DNA from: an uncultured Gammaproteobacteria bacterium
GTDB lineage: Bacteria > Pseudomonadota > Gammaproteobacteria > Chromatiales > Chromatiaceae
Length of the DNA stretch: 64,000 bases
NCBI GenBank assembly: GCA_963753615.1
Contig: CAVWCW010000029.1
Coordinates: 1,418-65,417, forward strand
Direction of reading: 5' to 3'
Shown: piece by piece, positions 61,720 to 64,000 of the stretch
How the letters are laid out: each line of letters begins with the position of its first letter
How positions within the stretch are numbered: position 1 is the first letter of the stretch
Made by a program: the position numbers and the translations under genes
The notes under the pieces: model-generated
Told to the model about the DNA's origin: nothing
Database searches by the model: none
The model's input: the letters and a program-made list of their open reading frames with translations, nothing else

Positions 61720-63108
61720 ATGCAGCAGCGCCAACGGGTCGCCTTGGCCTTGGCCGACGCCTTTCTCTGCGGTGCTCCCAAGCCATCCGAGCTGATCGAG
61801 CGCGGCAGCGCCGCCCTGGGCGATCGCGTGCCCTGGCTGGCCCCCCTGGCGACCCGCACAGGATCGGCGTTCGGTGCACAATGGCCGCCGGAATCCGCCG
61901 CGCTGGGGCGGTTCATACTAGCCGACCCGGCCTTCCGCCAGAGTTGGCGCGAGCCTGGCCCAAAGCCGCGTATCCGCCGTTGGTTTCTGCCCGCCTCGAC
62001 GATGGGCGAGCCGGTGCCCCCTCTGGCGGCCTGCGCCCTGCCCTCACTGGCCAGCCCGGGCGAACTGGCGGCATGGCTGGGGCTGAGCTGCAGCGAACTG
62101 GACTGGCTGGCCGATCCCTGGGGCAGCGAGCGGCACTCCGCGGTCGGGGCCCTGCGCCATTACGTTTACCGCTGGATTTCCAAACGCCGCGGCGGCCAGC
62201 GCCTGCTGGAGGCGCCCAAGCCCCGCCTGCGCTCCGTGCAGCGGCAGATTCTGCGAGGCATTCTGGACCCGGTGCCGCCGCACCCCGCAGCCCACGGCTT
62301 TCGCCGCGGCCGCTCCTGTCTCAGCCATGCGCAATCCCACTGCGGCCGGGTCCTGGTGCTGCGCATGGATCTGAGCAACTTCTTCACCCAGGTGCCGGCA
62401 CGCCGGGTGCATGCCCTGTTCGCCTCCCTCGGCTACCCCCCCGCGGTAGCCCGCTGCCTGACCGGGTTGTGTACCAATCGCACCCCGGCCCGGGTGCTGG
62501 GTGGTCGGCTCGGGGAGCGGCCCGAGCTCGACTGGCAACAACGCCAGGCCTTGCAGCATCCGCACCTTCCTCAGGGGGCCCCAAGCTCGCCGGCCCTGGC
62601 CAACCTGGCACTATTCCGTTTCGATCTGCGCCTGGCCCGCGCCGCTGCTGCCCTGGGCGCCCGCTATACCCGCTACGCCGACGATTTGGCCTTCTCTGGG
62701 GGCGCGGTCTTCGCCCGACGCGTTGGGGCCTTTCACGGGCTGATCTGCCGCGTCGGCCTGGAAGAAGGGTTTCCGGTGGAAACCCGCAAGACCCGGGCCA
62801 TGCGCCAAGGGGGGCGCCAGCAGCTGACCGGCATCCTGGTCAACCGCCACCCCAACCTGCGACGGCGCGACTATGACCGCCTCAAGGCTATCCTGCACAA
62901 TTGCCTCAAGCTCGGGCCAGCGGGACAGAACCGGGAAGGCCACCCGGATTTTCGAGCCCACCTGCAGGGCAGGATCGCCCATCTGGAGCTGTTGAACCCG
63001 CCCCGGGGACAGAAGCTGCGGGCCCTGTTCGAGCGCATTGAGTGGGGGGAGTCCGTTATCCACGCCACGGGCGAGCGCGGTCCAATCTGCTCCCCGGGTG
63101 CCCGCTGA
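61720..63108 (+). CDS. Retron-type reverse transcriptase with a ~140-aa N-terminal extension
   Basis: RT motifs present: AHGFRRGRSCLSHAQSH, VLRMDLSNFF, LPQGAPSSPALANL, YTRYADDLAFS (YADD at 62674-62685), QQLTGILVN and RRRDYDRLKAILHN. The ATG at 61720 has AAGGGGG 11 nt upstream. The frame is open back to 61591. An alternative internal ATG at 62002 would give a canonical ~368-aa retron RT. Confidence 0.9.
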   Translation: MQQRQRVALALADAFLCGAPKPSELIERGSAALGDRVPWLAPLATRTGSAFGAQWPPESAALGRFILADPAFRQSWREPGPKPRIRRWFLPASTMGEPVPPLAACALPSLASPGELAAWLGLSCSELDWLADPWGSERHSAVGALRHYVYRWISKRRGGQRLLEAPKPRLRSVQRQILRGILDPVPPHPAAHGFRRGRSCLSHAQSHCGRVLVLRMDLSNFFTQVPARRVHALFASLGYPPAVARCLTGLCTNRTPARVLGGRLGERPELDWQQRQALQHPHLPQGAPSSPALANLALFRFDLRLARAAAALGARYTRYADDLAFSGGAVFARRVGAFHGLICRVGLEEGFPVETRKTRAMRQGGRQQLTGILVNRHPNLRRRDYDRLKAILHNCLKLGPAGQNREGHPDFRAHLQGRIAHLELLNPPRGQKLRALFERIEWGESVIHATGERGPICSPGAR

Positions 63109-63925
63109 ATGCAGCCCCGTAGGAGGGTAAGATCGCCCGAGGTCGAAACCCAGATTCGAGGCTGCCGACAGCGGCATCGGTCGAGCCGCGGTTCGGAGCA
63201 ACTGCGGGCTGGCTCGGAACGGGCAACCCCGACAAACCCCCTGCCCAAGACGGAAGGTTGGCGGGCGCCACCAGCCTCAGGTCATGCACCAGGCCGTCGC
63301 GAAAACGAGACACCGAGGTCGGGCGGCGTACCCGAGCAGCACCAGGCACACCCACGCCCCCGATGCCGGCTGCGTATGAGCGGTCCCGAAGTTCGGGGGT
63401 ACTACTACAAAAAAAGATACCGCGGAACTGAGTAAATGCGGATGCGAACTGGAAAATGGCGCCAAGCGCCATTAGACTCATAAGGGTGTTTCGAAAAATA
63501 CAGCGGCCCCTGCCAGGACGCTGGGGTTCGGGGCGATTCAACCGCCCCGTTCCAAAGGTAAGCGAAATCGCACGGGAAATGCCGTTGCCCAGTTGTGACG
63601 CCGCCGAGCGGAATACGTTCTTTGCAGAGAACGGGCGATACAAGTCTTGTTCGCGGTCGGCCAGCGCCATAAACAGGCAAACGACGCCAGGAAGCGGTTG
63701 AAGTTTTGTATCTGCCGGAGAGCGCGAGTTGACCGATCGGGTCTCGAAACGGGAAGTTGTTCTGGGCATAGGCCTGGTGCAAAATCGACGCGGAATTCCG
63801 GTTCAGCTAACGCTAAACGCCAAGTTGGATCAGGTGGCCGGCGATGCGCAAACCCTTACCCAAGATTCTGAATCTCTACTAGCGGATAACTCGAGGTTGG
63901 TCCCATGGTCCATACGTTGAAGGAA

Positions 63926-64000
63926 ATGAAAATCAGCGTTTCGGATTTGACCTTGGGTTGTTTCGTCTCCAGGTTGGACCGCCCTTGGCTGGACACGCCC
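63926..64000 (+). CDS. 5' end of an HD-GYP-type regulator (DUF3391 N-terminal domain), partial
   Basis: MKISVSDLTLGCFVSRLDRPWLDTP matches the typical start of DUF3391/HD-GYP proteins (...G.YV..LDRPWLDTPF). A GAAGGAA RBS lies before the ATG at 63926. The gene runs off the window. Confidence 0.6.
   Translation, partial: MKISVSDLTLGCFVSRLDRPWLDTP

Noticed and set aside
61720-63108. RT as a diversity-generating retroelement or group II intron
   Set aside because: The motif set is retron-like (QGAPSSP, LTG). There is no maturase X or endonuclease domain. I saw no ~100-bp template/variable repeat pair nearby and no intron domain V-like structure.
63056-63769. 237-aa minus-strand ORF downstream of the RT, considered as a possible retron effector
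   Set aside because: It overlaps the RT 3' end. It is rich in Arg/Pro/Gly/Ser with no motif, TM segment or nucleotide-binding signature, and its codon bias is not convincing. I treat it as non-coding unless a search says otherwise.

Overview
GC-rich proteobacterial chromosome segment. The gene order is gamma-type: lptG-lptF lies divergent from pepA-holC, with parC and gltB/gltD nearby. I found no rRNA, tRNA or CRISPR array. Core genes: gltB, gltD, an lpd-like flavoprotein, lptF/lptG, pepA, holC, parC, an ArnT-like glycosyltransferase, and many signalling genes (an SBP / hybrid kinase / REC-EAL module, a FixL/FixJ-like pair, two HisKA_3 kinases with two response regulators, PilZ, and the start of an HD-GYP gene). 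Accessory or unusual content: (1) a cusB-cusA metal efflux module joined to a truncated hemerythrin gene; (2) an AT-rich island of about 3.3 kb between divergent gltB and gltD, holding an orphan Rhs C-terminal tip with a Cys-rich toxin-like domain, small membrane (immunity-like) genes and IS remnants; (3) an AmmeMemoRadiSam operon with a signal-peptide-bearing Memo-AMMECR1 fusion; (4) a DUF211 / VIT / P-type ATPase module; (5) an RND efflux operon followed by a PLAT-less lipoxygenase; (6) a stand-alone retron-type reverse transcriptase with an N-terminal extension, flanked by hairpin-rich ORF-poor DNA and no recognisable effector gene. Item 6 is my best candidate for an undescribed system. About eleven frameshifts occur, and all lie in transporter, efflux or accessory genes. 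About 34 kb of other long ORFs are intact. A repeat of about 90 bp with 17-20 bp terminal inverted repeats (MITE-like) occurs at two loci. All calls come from reading the translated ORFs and the DNA by eye. No database search was run.
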